64,000 nt of DNA from NCBI RefSeq assembly GCF_964213995.1, contig NC_135823.1, positions 1,488,001 through 1,552,000 on the forward strand. Reading direction: 5' to 3'. Below the pieces are notes generated by a model. The model was given only the letters and a program-made list of their open reading frames with translations. It was not told where the DNA came from and searched no databases. The translations under genes were made by a program, and so were the position numbers. Positions 1 to 13,470 of this stretch are shown in pieces (positions within the stretch are counted from its first letter, which is position 1; the number at the start of each line of letters is the position of its first letter). The DNA is from Mustelus asterias (taxonomy: Eukaryota).

Positions 1-290
1 TATTATTGTCATAAGCAGGTTTACATTAACACTGAAATGAAGTAACGGCGCCAATCCCCGAGTCGCCATATTGCTTCGCCTGTTCGTTTGCACCAAGGGA
101 GAATGTAACATGACCAATGAACCAAGCCAGCACGTCTTTCAGACGGTGGGAGGCAAACGGAGCACCCGGAGGTAACCCATGCAGACACGGGGAGAATGTG
201 CAGACTCCACACAGTGACCCGAGCGGGGAATTGAAACTATGTCCCTGGCGCTGTGACGAGGCCATGCGAACCACTATGCCACCATGCCGC
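1..290 (-). mobile_element. tRNA-derived V-SINE (HE1-related, alternative tail)
   Basis: Reverse complement of the ggcatggtggcatagtggtt...gggtcactgtgtggag...ctccgggtgctccg core. Confidence 0.8.
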
Positions 291-297
291 TCAATCT

Positions 298-1290
298 CAT
301 AGAATCATAGATGTTTACAGCATGGAAAAACGCCCTTCAGCCCAACTAGTTCATGCCGCTCTTCTATTTTTACACACCGAAGCCATCCCAATTGCCCGCA
401 TTTGGCCCATATTCCTCTACCCAACTTAGCCATGTAACTATCTAAATGCTTTTTAAAAGAGAAAATTGTACCCGCCTCTGCTACTATCTCTGGGAGCTTG
501 TTCCAGACACTCACCACCCTCTGCGTGAAGAAAATGCCCCTCTCGACACTTTTGTATCTCTCCCCTCTCACCTTAAACCTATGCCCTCGAGTTTTAGACT
601 CCCCTACCTTTGGGAAAAGACATTGAATGCCAAGCTAATCTGTGACCCTTATTATTCTATGGACCTCTATAAGATCACCCCTCAGCCTCCTACGCTCCAT
701 TGAAAAAAAGTCCCAATCTACCCAGCCTCTCCTTATAACTCAAACAATCAAGTCCCGGCAGCCTCCGAGTAAATCTTTTCGACGCTCTTTCTGGTTTAAT
801 AATATCCTTTCTATAATAATGTGTCCAGAACTGCACAGAGTATTCCAAGTGTGGCCTTACCACTGTCTTGTACAACTTGAAAAAGACGTCCCAACTCCTG
901 TATTCAATGTTCAGATCGATGAAATCAAGCATGCCGAATGTCTTCTTCATCACTCTGTCCACCTGTGACTCCACTTTCAAGGAGCTAGATCACTTGTTCT
1001 GTAACTCTCCCCAACGCCTTACATTACATGAGTAAGTCCTGCCGTGGTTCAATCTACCAAAATGCATCACCCCGTATTTTTCTAAATTAAACTCCATCTG
1101 CCATTCGTCAGCCCACTAGCCCAATTGATCAAGATCGCGTTGCAATCGGCAATAACTTTCTTCACTGTCCTCTATGCCACCAATCTTGGTGTCATCTGCA
1201 ATCTTGCTAACCATGCCTCCTACATTCTCATCCAAATCATTAATATAAATGACAAATAACAGTGGACCCAGCACTGATCCCTGAGGCAAA
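298..1290 (-). mobile_element. CR1-clade LINE 3' fragment
   Basis: PQGSVLGP / ADDTK / LVRPHLEY / FFTQRVV motifs and catagaa tail. Confidence 0.9.
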
Positions 1291-1346
1291 CTATTGTTAT
1301 TATTCTTTGTGATCATTGTTGGTTAGGTTTATTCTTCAGTTTAAAT

Positions 1347-2766
1347 TAGAAACATAGAAAACTGCAGCACAAAACAGGCCCTTCGGCCCCACAAGTTGTG
1401 CCGAACATATCCCTACCTTTTAGGCCTACCTATAACCCTCCATCCTATTCAGTCCCATGTACTCATCCAGGAGTCTCTTAAAAGACCCTATTGAGTTTGC
1501 CTCCACCACCACTGATGGCAGCCGATTCCACCCACCTACCACCCTCTGTGTGAAACACTTCCCCCTAACATCTCCCCCGTACCTACCCCCCAGCACCTTA
1601 AACCTGTGTCCTCTCGTAGCAGCCATTTCCACCCTGGGAAAAAGCCTCTGAGAGTCCACCCGATCTATGCATCTCAACATCTTATATACCTCTATTAGGT
1701 CTCCTCTCATCCTACGACTCTCCAAGGAGAAAAGACCGAGCTCCCTCAGCCTATCCTCATAAGGCATGCCACTCAATCCAGGCAACGTCCTTGTAAATCG
1801 CCTCTGCACCCTTTCAATCTTTTCCATATCCTTCCAGTAATGAGGCGACCAGAACTGAGCACAGTACTCCAAGTGGGGTCTGACGAGGGTCTTATATAGC
1901 TGCATCATTATCCCTGGACTCCTAAACTCAATCTCTCGATTGATAAAGGCCAGCACACCATACGCCTACGTAACCACCTCCTCCACCTGCGGGCCGATTT
2001 TAGAGTCCTATGGACCCGGACCCCAAGGTCCTTCTGATCCTCTCCCGTACTAAGAGTCTTTCCCTTTATATTGTACTCCCTCATCCCATTTGATCTGCCA
2101 AAATGGACCACGACGCATTAATCTGGGTTGAAGTCCATCTGCCACTTCTCCGCCCAGTCTTGCATCGGGCGGCACGGTAGCACAGTGGTTAGCACTGCTG
2201 TTTCACAGCTCCAGCTCCAGAGACCTGGGTTCGATTCCCGGCTTGGGTCACTGTCTGTGTGGAGTTTGCACATTCTCTTCGTGTCTGCGTGGGTTTCCTC
2301 CGGGTGCTCTGGTTTCCTCCCACAGTCCAAAGATGTGCGGGTTAGGTTGATTGGCCATGCTAAAATTGCCCTTAGTGTCCTGAGATGCATAGGTTAGAGG
2401 GATTCGTGGGTAAAATATGTAGTGGTATGGGAGTAGGGCCTGGGTGGGATTGTGGTTGGTGCAGACTCGATGGGCCGAATGGCCTCTTTCTGTGCTGTAG
2501 GGTTTCTATGAACTATGTCCCTCTGTAACTTCTGACATCCCTCCAGACTATCCACAACCCCACCAACCTTCGTGTCGTCGGCAAACTTACCAACCCATCC
2601 CTCCACTTCCTCATCCAGGTCATTTATGAAAATGACAAACAGCAAGGGTCCCAGAACAGATCCCTGGGGCACACCACATGTGACCGACCTCCATTTAGAA
2701 AAATACCCATCTATACACACTCTCTGCCTCCTTTGGGCAAGCCAGTTCTGAATCCACAGGGCAGCA
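1347..2766 (-). mobile_element. CR1 (HER1-like) LINE fragment split by an HE1 SINE
   Basis: GVPQGSVLGP, FADDTK and LVRPHLEYC in ORFs 2394-2720 and 1426-1956. Confidence 0.92.
2167..2511 (+). mobile_element. HE1-type SINE, near full length
   Basis: A/B-box tRNA head, V-domain core and CR1-type tail. Confidence 0.9.
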
Positions 2767-3189
2767 GCTTTGCTTTGTGGTTGGAACGAGTAAATTAATG
2801 ATTTGATCAGGTCAAATTCATTCGCCTGATCACTGGCTCACGTTTTCAGCTTGGAAAACTCTCCTGCTGGTTTATAAAACTGTTTCCTCTTAAAATTCCC
2901 TCCCGCCTCTTACTCAAAGTGAAACCGCAGTGCTGCAAAATGAGTATCACAGCTAAGGAGTCGTTCGTCATCTTGATAGAGTTTTCCTTGTATTCCGTCT
3001 CACTGGATTTCTTCTGTTTACAGAATGGTTGCAGACTGACCTGGTGTGAGTCGTATTAAGTTGGGCCTTTTCAGATTCGGTGGAAACTATGCCGAGCTCA
3101 GCTGTGGAAATGGTGACACCATTGTGGTGAAGTGTTTGGGTGAATACAACAGTCGTTTGACACACCTCACTGTTTGTGTGACACAACAT

Positions 3190-3505
3190 TTATTGCCCAT
3201 TCTTAGCTGCCGGAGGAAAGTTGAGAGCCAATCACAATTCTCTGGCTCTCAAGTCGCATGTAGGCAATACCAGGTAAGGGCGGCAGATTTCCTTCCCGAA
3301 AGTACATTTGTTCACTACATGGTTTCTTCCCCGACAAACGACAATGGCTTCATGATCGTCACCATGTTCTTAATTCCTGATTTTTTTTTATTGAATTCAA
3401 ATTCCATCATCTGCCGCAGTGGGATTCGAAACCGTGTCCCCAGAACATTTGCTGAGTTTCTGTATTAATAGTCTAGCGATAATACCACTGGGCCATTGCC
3501 TCCCC
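3190..3505 (-). mobile_element. tRNA-derived SINE with L2-type tail (SacSINE1-like)
   Basis: Reverse complement of gggaggcaatggcccagtggtattatcgctagacta...; same family as 7865, 10790 and 21578. Confidence 0.7.
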
Positions 3506-6500
3506 ATAAATGTAAAACCAGCACTGAGATGGTGCTGCTGATCCAATTTTTAACATATCTATTCTGTCACCTCCCAGCCTTGTGTTCTTGACTAAAAAGA
3601 GTCCCAGCCTGCTTTGGCTTTCCTGTGATTTATGACATTTCTGTCCAAACATCCTTCTTAAAAATCAGAGTTGCGCCAATTCTAGTGTTGCAATTTCTCT
3701 TTGTACCATGGAAGGGCGCAGATGTGCACGCTTCGTCCAAATTCGAAACCATATCTTCTGTACAAAAATCAACTGATTGGCGTTCCAATTATTTTACCCT
3801 GCTGTTGGGTTTGCAGTTGCCCAGTGAATTGCACAAGCAACTTCATCAAAAAGAGTCGTGCGTCAAAGTGATTCACAGCAAATACACCAACAGGGCGGCA
3901 CGGTATCACAATGGTTAGCACTGCTGCCTCACAGTGCAAAGGACCTGAGTTTAATTATTGGCTTGGGTCGTTGTTTATGAGGAGTCTGTACGTTCTCCCC
4001 GTGTCTGCGTGGGTTTCCACTGTGTGCACCGATTTCCTCCCACAGACCGAAAGACTTGTTAGTCTGGTTAGGTGCATTGGCTGTGCTAAATTGTCCTTCA
4101 GTGTACCCGAACAGCTACCAGGATGTGGCGATTAGGGGATTTTCACAGTAACTTCATTACAGAGTTAATATCAACCTGCTTGTGATACAAATACGTTAAA
4201 AATATCCAAATGGTTACGTGTTATCACATTGATTTGTAAACTGTGTATGAGTTTAACCTTATAGAGGTTTCTAAAATCACGAGGGGCATTGATAATTTGC
4301 ATAGCCAACGACTTTTTCTCAGGGTAGGAAAGTCCAAAAATAGAGGGCATAGGTTGACGGTGAATGGAGAACGATTCTAAACAGTCCTGATGGGAAATCT
4401 CTTCACACATAGGGGAGTGGTAATGTGGAATAAGTTGCTAGAGGAAGTTGGAGAGGTGGGGATAACTGCACAAATGTGGACAGATACGCGAATGGGAAAG
4501 ATTTAGAGGGATATCGGTCAAACACGGCCAATTGCGACGAGTTCAGCTGAGGAAACCTGGTCGGCATCGATGTGATGGGCCGAAGGTCCTGTTTGCATGC
4601 GGTATATATCGCTCTAGTTGTATAGTAGAATGTTCTCTGCACAACCAATCTACCCTCGGCTGCAAACCTCCTCAGTCTGCAGTTTAAACTGAGTCCCAGT
4701 GTTTGACCACTGCAGGCAACTCTGTCCATGAAGAGCCGAAACTCTTAAAACAGGAAAGCCACTGACTGCTTCTGGCTCAAACATCATTTTCTACTTCAAG
4801 CACGAGGTGGTTAAGTGGTCAGAATCTTGACCAGCCATCTGCACCCCTCAGTGCGCTTTGCACAGACGCGAATGTGCTGTGTGCCCACGCAGCAAGCAGC
4901 CACGGTCACAGGTAATGCGCCTCTTTGCTGTTGAGCACCCTCTCTGCTGCGGCCTCTACTGACTCCCATCTTCAAGATCAAGCATTTCTACAGAATAGAC
5001 GCTCAGTTTGGTTCAACAGGCTCTGCTCATTTCGGAACCCATTTTGTCAGTAATCCCTTCCACCAGACTCTTCACGTTCAGATTAATGTATTCGTTCATG
5101 TTGGGACTAATCCTGGTGCCTGTTCGGCTACAGCGGTTGAGTGGAATCGTACTGTGTAATATCTACGTACGCACATGCTAACAAATCAACGAGATTGCTA
5201 TCTGCTGGAAATCGGTGGCAGGAGCAGAGGGGACATGGGAATACGACAACCTCCAATTGCCCTCCCGACCGCACACCATACTGACTGTATTGCTGTGGTT
5301 AGTACTGCTGCCTCACAGCACCCAGGACCCGGGTTCCATTCCCGGCTGGGGTCACTGTCTGTGCAGACTCTGCACGTTCTCCCCATGTCTGCGTGGGTTT
5401 GTTCTGTGTGCTCTGGATTCTTCACACTGTACGAAAGTCGTGGGAGGAATGGTGACGTGCATTTGCGACGCTAAATTCTCCCTCAGTGTACCTGGACAGG
5501 CGTCGGAGAGTGGCAACAACGAGATTTTCACAGTAACTTCATTGCAGTGTTAATGTAAGCCTACTTGCGACATTAATGCATAAAAATAAATCACTCGCTT
5601 CTGTCTCGAAAATTGCATTCTTGACCATTCTCCTGAAGATATCGTGATATGGGTTTTGATTTTCTCTTCTGATCGTGCATGTTGATCCTTTTCCACATCT
5701 GTCACAGTGACCCAAGTTCTACTTTTTACCGTCATGAGGTATTAGTTTCTCACAGAGGCTGGTCGGGAGAGGTTATTCAAGTTGTTTTTTAATAGTGTCA
5801 CAAGTAATCTTAAATAAACACTGTCATTAAGTTACTTTATAAATCCCCTAGTAGCCACACTCTGGCGCCTGTTTGGCTGCACTGGGGAATAATTTAGCAT
5901 GAACAATGCACCTAACCAGAAAGACGTTTGGTTTTTGGGGGGCAACTGTGGAACTTGGCGGAAATCCGCATAGACATGGGGAGAACATGCAAAGTCTACA
6001 CAGACACTCAACCTGGTCAAGATGCTTTATGAGAGAGCCGCTGCAGATTCGATGGGCCCAATTGCCTCATTATGCAGTGCAGGAGTGTATGTATGCATGT
6101 AGCACCTTGCCGCATCCTGAGCAGGTGTAATATTCTGAGGAAATCACATGGAGATTTACTGATAAAGTTCAGAATGAAACCAATCGCTCCCCTAATGGCT
6201 GGGTGAAAGAGTTTCCTTTTTGTATATATGTTCAGGGAGACAGAAGAACTTCAGACAATCGCTGCAGGTGATAAATTATTCGGACAAAAATCCGTGTGCT
6301 GTGCTATGCAAAATTCAAAACGAGTACCAACCCTATTTTGGAAATCAGCCAATCATTTTTACAGTTGGGAGGAGCAATGGTGGCATTTCTTCGCATAATG
6401 TCCATCGTCTGGCAAAGGCCTCCATGAGGAACAGAGTCGCGCAGAATTCTCGCCGATAAGAATTTCCCTTCCCTCTCCTTTCCGAAGATACCTTACTTTG

Positions 6501-7864
6501 TCTATTTGATTTAAATAAATGACTTGTCGTCATGAATCAAAGACGGACACCCCTCCCAGCATGGGGACGAGGCCAGAGTTTGGCATCGAAAGGGAAAAGG
6601 GGAAGGGAAAAGGGAGAACGCAATATTTGATTGCAGCGGCCTGGATGATAGATAAATGCATGGGTAGAGTTGGATCGGCACCGTGTGGTCTGGACGAGAA
6701 TCTGAAACTACAACATTGAGTTTAACATTTCAAACAATGTTAAATAAATACTTCATTCCTTCTCCATCAGGCGATACGACCCTGGCTTTATATTAGCTCC
6801 ATACTGTCTTAATTCCTCAAAAACATGGATCTTTGTCTTCAATGCTCTCAATGACTGAACACCTAGAACTCTCTGCGGAAGGGCATCCCAAAAACCCAAA
6901 GATCTGTGAATGAAGTACTTTCCCCATTCTCAGTCCTTATGCTGAGACAACGACCGCCGTGTTCCTGACCCACCACCAAGCGGCAAGCAAGTTCTCAATA
7001 TTAAGCCTGAAATCCCAGCGTGAATCTTCTCACTTAACAGATATTACACCTCTGGACTGCAGCTAACGTCGACCCAATCTAATGAATCTCCCCAGATAGG
7101 ACAAACATTCCCTGCCAGAAATCCATGCACAGATATCTCATCTGGAAGGCAAATGCCGTTTTCCTCGGGAAGAGAGAACTTAACGGCACTCAGTATTCCT
7201 GGCATCATTTCAATGATACCCGGTGTGTTTGCAGTACGCATTCCTTACTCTAACCATCTTAATAAACCCAACCATCGCAGTAAATCCCAACATTGAAAAT
7301 GCTTTCCAAATTGCTTGGGTTATCTTGGGATGTTCATGGCTGAGCATCAAATTCAATATCCTGTTCCCCCTTCCCACACGACCCCCCCCCCAACCCACCC
7401 CCCCAACCCCCATATCTCTTGTTCGTTTTAGCTCCACGAGCTATACGCAATTTATTCTTGAAATCAGACAACGCTTTAGCCTCAACTAGATTCTGTAGTC
7501 ATGAATCCCACACAATCTGGGTGAAGAAATTTCTCATCTCCTCAGTTCTGAAAGGTGTGCCCATTATCCTCAAACTGTGAGCCCTAGTTTTGCACTCTAC
7601 TATATTCTGTATGAATCTCCCCTGGCTAACGCTGTTAGGATTTTGCAAGTTTCTCTGAGATCCCCACTCACTCTTCTCAACTCCAGTCAAAATAAACCTA
7701 ACCGATTTAATCTCTCCTCATATGACCGACCTGACACCGCAGAAATCAGCCTAGTAACCCATCGCTGCAATCCCTCCATGGCAAGGTCAACATACAATAG
7801 ACAAATAGTGCCCTCACTGAGGTTATGCGGGCGTGCAGTTCTTGCGTGGTAGATGAGTAAGTAG

Positions 7865-8225
7865 GGGAGGCCATGGCCGAGTGGTATTATCGTTAGACTT
7901 GTAATCCAGAAATTCAGCTAATGTTCTGGGGACGCGAGTTCGAATTCCCCCACAGCAGATGGTGGAATTTGAATTCAATAAAAAAAACATCTGGAATTAA
8001 GAATCGACTGATGACCATGAAACCATTGACGAATACTGAAAAGAAAAACATGTGGTTCACGAATGCCCTTTCGGGAAGGAAATCCGCCATCTTTAACTGG
8101 TCAGGTTTGCATGTAACTCCAGAGCCACAACAATGTGGCTGAGACTTAACTGCTCTCGGGCAACTAATGATGGGCAATAAACTCTGCCCAGCCAGTAACG
8201 TCAATGTCCCACGAATGAAGAAAAA
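7865..8225 (+). mobile_element. tRNA-derived SINE with L2-type tail (SacSINE1-like)
   Basis: tRNA head, ccagagccacaacaatgtgg core, cccacgaatgaa tail. Confidence 0.75.
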
Positions 8226-8251
8226 AATAGGAATTTATCTAGAGATTAATG

Positions 8252-8588
8252 ATCATAGAAACCCTACAGCACAGCACAGAAAGAGGCCATTCGTCCCATT
8301 GAGTCTGCAACGACCACAATCCCAAACCAGGCCCTATCCCTACAAGCCCATACATTTATCCTGCTAATCCCTCTAATCTACGCATCTCAGGGGCAAATTA
8401 GAATGGTCAATCAACCTAACCCGCACATCTTTGGACTGTGGGAGGAAACCGGAGCACCCGGAGGAAACCCACGCAGACACGAGGAGAATGTGCAAACTCC
8501 ACACAGACAGTGACCCAAGCCGGGAATCGAACGCAGGTCCCTGAAGCTGTGAAGCAGCAGTGCTAACCATTGTGCTACCGTGCCGCCC
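8252..8588 (-). mobile_element. HE1-type SINE
   Basis: Near-consensus copy. Confidence 0.9.
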
Positions 8589-8869
8589 GTGATGCGTCGT
8601 AATTATGTGAACGGCAATCATGTGGGCAAATCAGTATAATCCAGAAACTGCTACTTAAATAGGATTGTCTGTGAAATAAATTGATGTGTTTTCATTCCAG
8701 AAAAGTATAGAATAATCTATTTTGACTGCTAACCGATATCAAAGATGAGGGTGTGGATTATTTTTCAACTTCGAATTGAGAAACTTTCTGGATCTGTGTT
8801 TGATCAGCATGTGTCACTTATGGTACACTACAAGAAGAACAACATGAAGACCACGGCCCGAGAGGCAGC

Positions 8870-9310
8870 TCGGCCGCCTCCCTCCCATCCTCCCCCACCA
8901 CTACCCAGACCGATCGCGGACCCATCACCCTTCCCCCCCATCGATCGCGGACCCATCGCCCTCCCCCCACTGATCCCGTCAGAGTGGCAGCGAGCCCCCT
9001 CTCCCTCCCCCCTGCGCACAGATAGCTGCAAAGTGGCAGCCACTCCTCTCCACCCTCCCCTACCCCCCCCCCCACCCCACCGCCCCTCATTGATTCCTGC
9101 GGATTGGCAACGGGCCCGTTCCCCAATTAGCCCCTCCCCAATTATCCCCTCCCAATTATCCCCTCCCCATTACTCCCTCATTAGCCCCATCCCATTAGCC
9201 CCTCACCATTAATCCCTCTCCACTGGTGACTCGCCCCTAATGGCCCCGTCCCCACTGGCACCGCCCGCATAAGCCTCGCCCCCTATCACTGCCCGCTGGG
9301 CATTGCCCAG
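8870..9310. repeat. C-rich low-complexity segment with short internal repeats
   Basis: Repeated gatcgcggacccatc and ccc(c/a)att(a/t) units. Confidence 0.7.
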
Positions 9311-9489
9311 TGCACTTACTTCCCGCTATAAAGTCGCAATTGTCAATTTCTCTTTTAAGAAACAAGCTGACTTTCTGTCATTAGTTGTTAAAGTGAAATT
9401 TGGCATTCAGACCAATGGCTCACAGGGCATTCTGCTATGTTGTATGCATTGCATGATTCTAAAGAGGATTGTTAACATGGTTACAGTGA

Positions 9490-10285
9490 AACATAGAAAA
9501 GAGAAGCAGGAGCAGGCCATGTGACCCTCCGAGTCTGCTCCACCATTCATTTTGATCATCATTGATAATTAAATTCAATATCCTGATCCCACTTTTCTCC
9601 AATATCCCTTCATCGGTTTAGCCCCAAGAACTATATTTAATTTCTTCTTGAAGTCACACAACGTTTTGGCCTCAACTACAATTCCACACATTCATCACTC
9701 GCTGAGTGATGAAATTTCACCTCACCTCTTATCCTCAAACCATGAATCCTGGCTATGGCCTCCCCCCATTATCGGGAACATTCTTTCTGAATCTACCCTG
9801 TCTAATCCTGTTATACTTTTATAATTTTTCATGAGATCCCCTCTCACTCTTATACACTCCAGTCAATGTAAAACGAACCTAAATAGTCTCTCCTCAGCAG
9901 ACAGACATGCCACCCCAGGAAACAGCCTGGTAAACTTTTTTTGCTGCACTCCCTCCATAGCAAGGATATCCTTCCTCAAATAAGCACACAGTACTCCAGA
10001 TGTAGCCTCACCAACGGCCTTCCAATTGCAGCACAACATACCTATTCCTATGCCCAAATCCTTACAATATGAAGCCAAACATGCCATTTACCTTATTTAC
10101 TGCCTGCTGTGCCTACGCACTTATTTTCAGCGACTGATGCACGAGGACAACAATGTATCGGTGTGTATCCACAGCTATCAATTTACGCCCATTCAAATAA
10201 TAAACTGCCTTCCTATTTTTGCTACCGAAGAGGATAACCTCACACTTGTCCAAATTATGCTGCATCTGTCATGCGTATGCCCACC
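9490..10285 (-). mobile_element. Degraded CR1 3' fragment
   Basis: YLRKDILAMEGVQ..FTRLFPG motif. Confidence 0.8.
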
Positions 10286-10789
10286 TTGCCAGATGCTTCG
10301 TTGTAGAGTGGATCAGCACAACTTAACTGCAAAGTGCTTAAGGGATATGAGATGCATGTGGTCATAAGCTTCGTCAAACAGTTCGGTTTAATGATCATCT
10401 TAAGGAAAGAGAGAGGAGAAACAATTCAGGGAGAGAATTCCAGAGCTGAGGTCCGTGTCAGCTGACTACATAGCAGGCAAGTTTGTTTGTGATGGAAATT
10501 GAGGGATGTGAAGGAGATCAGAATCGATTACAGTCTTATTTCCGGTGTAGTTAGAGGGCCATGGATTTCTAAATTTCAATTCCGTTCTTGAGACTTCGGC
10601 AGATGATCCTTATCGTTACACTGTGCAATGCTGAAGCAGCACGGCACTGTTGGTGAGATGATGTTTTTAGAAGGCATTAAGGTGATGCCCCTCCTGCTAC
10701 TCTCGTGCATATGTAAAAGTATAAAATGCCCCTGGATCAAAAGAGAGCAAGGGTAGGATTGTGGAGTAATATTTACCTCTTATCAAGTA

Positions 10790-11665
10790 GGAGGCGATGG
10801 CCTCGTGGTATTATCGTTAGACTATTAATCCAGAAATTCAGTTTATGGTCTGGATACCCAGGTTCTATTCCTTCCTGGGCAGATGCTGGAACTTGCAATT
10901 GTATTGCAGTTTGTATAGGCCACACTTGGAGTATAGCTTTCATTTCTGGTCACCACATTAGAGGATGGATGTGGAAGATTTGGAACGAGTGCAGAAGATA
11001 TTTACCAGGATGCTGCCTAGATTAGAGCGTTTAAGCGATAAGGAGTGACTGTACAAACTAGGGTTGTTTACACTGGGTGGTGGGCTGAGGGGATACCGAA
11101 TAGAAGTCGGTAAAATTATGAGAGGCAGAGATGGAATGAACAGTCAGAGTCTTATCCCCAGAGGTTAAATGTATAGTACCAATGCACGTCTGATGTGAGG
11201 GGGAACTTCAAAAGAGATGTGAGGGCAGGTTTTTTTACATAGTGAGTTGTAAGTTCTCGGAACGTGCTGCCAGGGTGGTTGTGAAGGCAGATACGATCGG
11301 GGCGTTTACTGTGCTTTTAGATAAGTCCATGGATATGAAAGGGACAGAATAATTTTGTGTAATGTTATGCACAAAATCGTGGGCCGAAGGGCCTGTTCGT
11401 GTGTTGTACTGCTCTAGGTTCCAATAAAAAACAATCTGAAAATAAGCATCTACAGATCATTGTTGATTGTCAAAAAAACTCACCTGCTTCACTCATGCCC
11501 TTTAGGGGGAGAAAGTCTGCCGTCCTTACTTGGTCTGACCAACATGTGACTCCAGAGCCACAGCAATGTGATTGACTTTCAACTGCCCTCCAAGGGCAAC
11601 TAGTGATGGACAATAAATGCCGGCCAGCAAGCGAAACCCGTGTTCCAGGAATGAATTAAAAAAGA
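10790..11665 (+). mobile_element. SacSINE1-like SINE interrupted by a CR1 3' fragment (about 10880-11420)
   Basis: SINE head at 10790-10875, SINE body resumes at about 11421. Confidence 0.7.
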
Positions 11666-12624
11666 ATAGCTGAATGCTAGCCTATCATGTCATTATCAAA
11701 TGTCTGCTCTCAGGAACTTGTTCTGGGCAAATCTAATGCTGTGCACAAAAGGAGAAACGAAACTACAGTTCCAAATACGCTTCAGTTACTGGAAAGAACC
11801 ATGAAACATCCTGCGCTCGTGGCTATTTCTGTATTAGTCAGGACGAAAATCATCTCACTGAAACAATGACAATCATGTCCTGTTGCAGACCACACAAAGG
11901 AAAGGGGCAGCACTAACTGCTTGGATATCAGCCCTTCAATGTCTCTGATCTGCACAGTTTTCAAATCGTATCTTTATAACAAAATTGCATAAAACAAACA
12001 GCACAGATGGAGAACATTTGGGCAATCTGCTCGGTGCTGTTGTTAATGCTCCTTGCGTGCCTCATCCTATTCTCTCTTCACATCACCCCATCAACATTTC
12101 CTTCTATTTATTTCTCACTGCAGCCTTTCTCCAACATTCCCATTTCTGCCATTCATCTCAGCCATTCCCTGTGATAGTGTGTTCCAGATTCTTCCACCTT
12201 TTCCACCTTCTTCCGTCGGGAAAACAGATAGAACAGTCTGACAACACGTACCAACAGACTCAGAGCCACCATCAGAGTTTTGAATGGACCGACATTTTAA
12301 TAAGCTGATCTTTCTCAGCTGTGACTGTAATATTACATTCTGCACTCTTTCCTTCCCTTCTCGCCTGTGTGCTCTATGAACGGTATGGTTTGTCAGTACA
12401 GCAGGCAGGAAACAATACTTTTCTCCGCATGCCAATACATGTCACAATATTAAATGAAATCTATACACTCTGAACAGTATCTTTTGTCTTTCTTGCTCAA
12501 GAAACAATACTATTCACTATATATCAATACTGTTGACTGTAATAAATGAAATCAATTCAAATCGTACTGAGTCACATTCTCCCCAATCTCCTGAATTCCC
12601 TATTGCATTTTTTGGTGACTACAA

Positions 12625-13470
12625 GGCACAAGTTAGGAGTGCAATGAAATATTCTCCTGTTGCCTGAATGGGCGCAGCTCCAACAACTCTCAAGAAGCTT
12701 GCCACCACCCAGGACAAAGCAGCTCGCTTGATTAGCATCACAACGCCAAACATTCAATCCCTCCACGACCGGCGCTCAGTAACAACAGTGTGTACTATCT
12801 ACAAGATGCATTACAGCAATTCACAAAAGATCCAAAGGCAGTACCTTCCAAACGCATGACCACTTCCATCTAGAAGGACAAGGGGCAGAAGACACATGGG
12901 GAACACAAGCACCTGCAAGATCTCCTCCAAGCCACTCAACATCCTGGTGTAGAAATATATTCATAGAAACCCTACAGTGCAGAAGGAGGCCATTCGGCCC
13001 ATCGAGTCTGCACCGACCACAATCCCACCCAGGCCCTCCTCCCACATATTTTACCCGCTAATCCCTCTAACCTACACATCCCAGGACTCTAAGGGGCAAT
13101 TTTTTTTTTTCAACCTGGCCAATCAACCTAACCCGCACATCTTTGGACTGTGGGAGGAAACCGGAGCACCCGGAGGAAACCCACGCAGACACGAGGAGAA
13201 TGTGCAAACTCCACACAGACAGTGACCCGAGCCAGGAATCGAACCCGGGACCCTGGAGCTGTGAAGCAGCAGTGCTAACCACTGTGCTACCGTGCCGTCA
13301 TTAGCAGTCGCTGGATGAAAGTCCTGAAATTCCCTCCCTGACGGCATTGTGGGCCAACCCACAGCACATGGGACGGCATCAATTCAAGAAGGTGGTTCAC
13401 CACCACCTTCTCAAGGGTAACTAAGAATGGGCAACAAATGCTGGCCAGCCGCCCATGTACCACGAATGAA
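12625..13470 (+). mobile_element. L2-type LINE 3' end with nested HE1 SINE (12962-13297, -)
   Basis: APTTLKKL..QDKAARLI motif and L2-type 3' UTR. Confidence 0.75.

Noticed and set aside
209-215. CACAGTG heptamers suggesting RAG recombination signals
   Set aside because: Most lie in SINE consensus sequence. I saw no correctly spaced nonamer and none flanking the V exon.
2167-2245. tRNA genes
   Set aside because: The A/B-box heads run straight into SINE bodies.
3046-3170. GNYAEL ITIM-like motif after an AG acceptor
   Set aside because: Lacks the hydrophobic Y-2 residue, the phase is unclear, and there is no associated gene in the window.
8745-9212. 155-aa proline-rich ORF
   Set aside because: Product of C-rich low-complexity sequence; no splice or domain support.
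11800-11850. MKHPALVAISVL as leader of the VJ-C1 gene
   Set aside because: No phase-1 donor; 14003-14045 fits much better.
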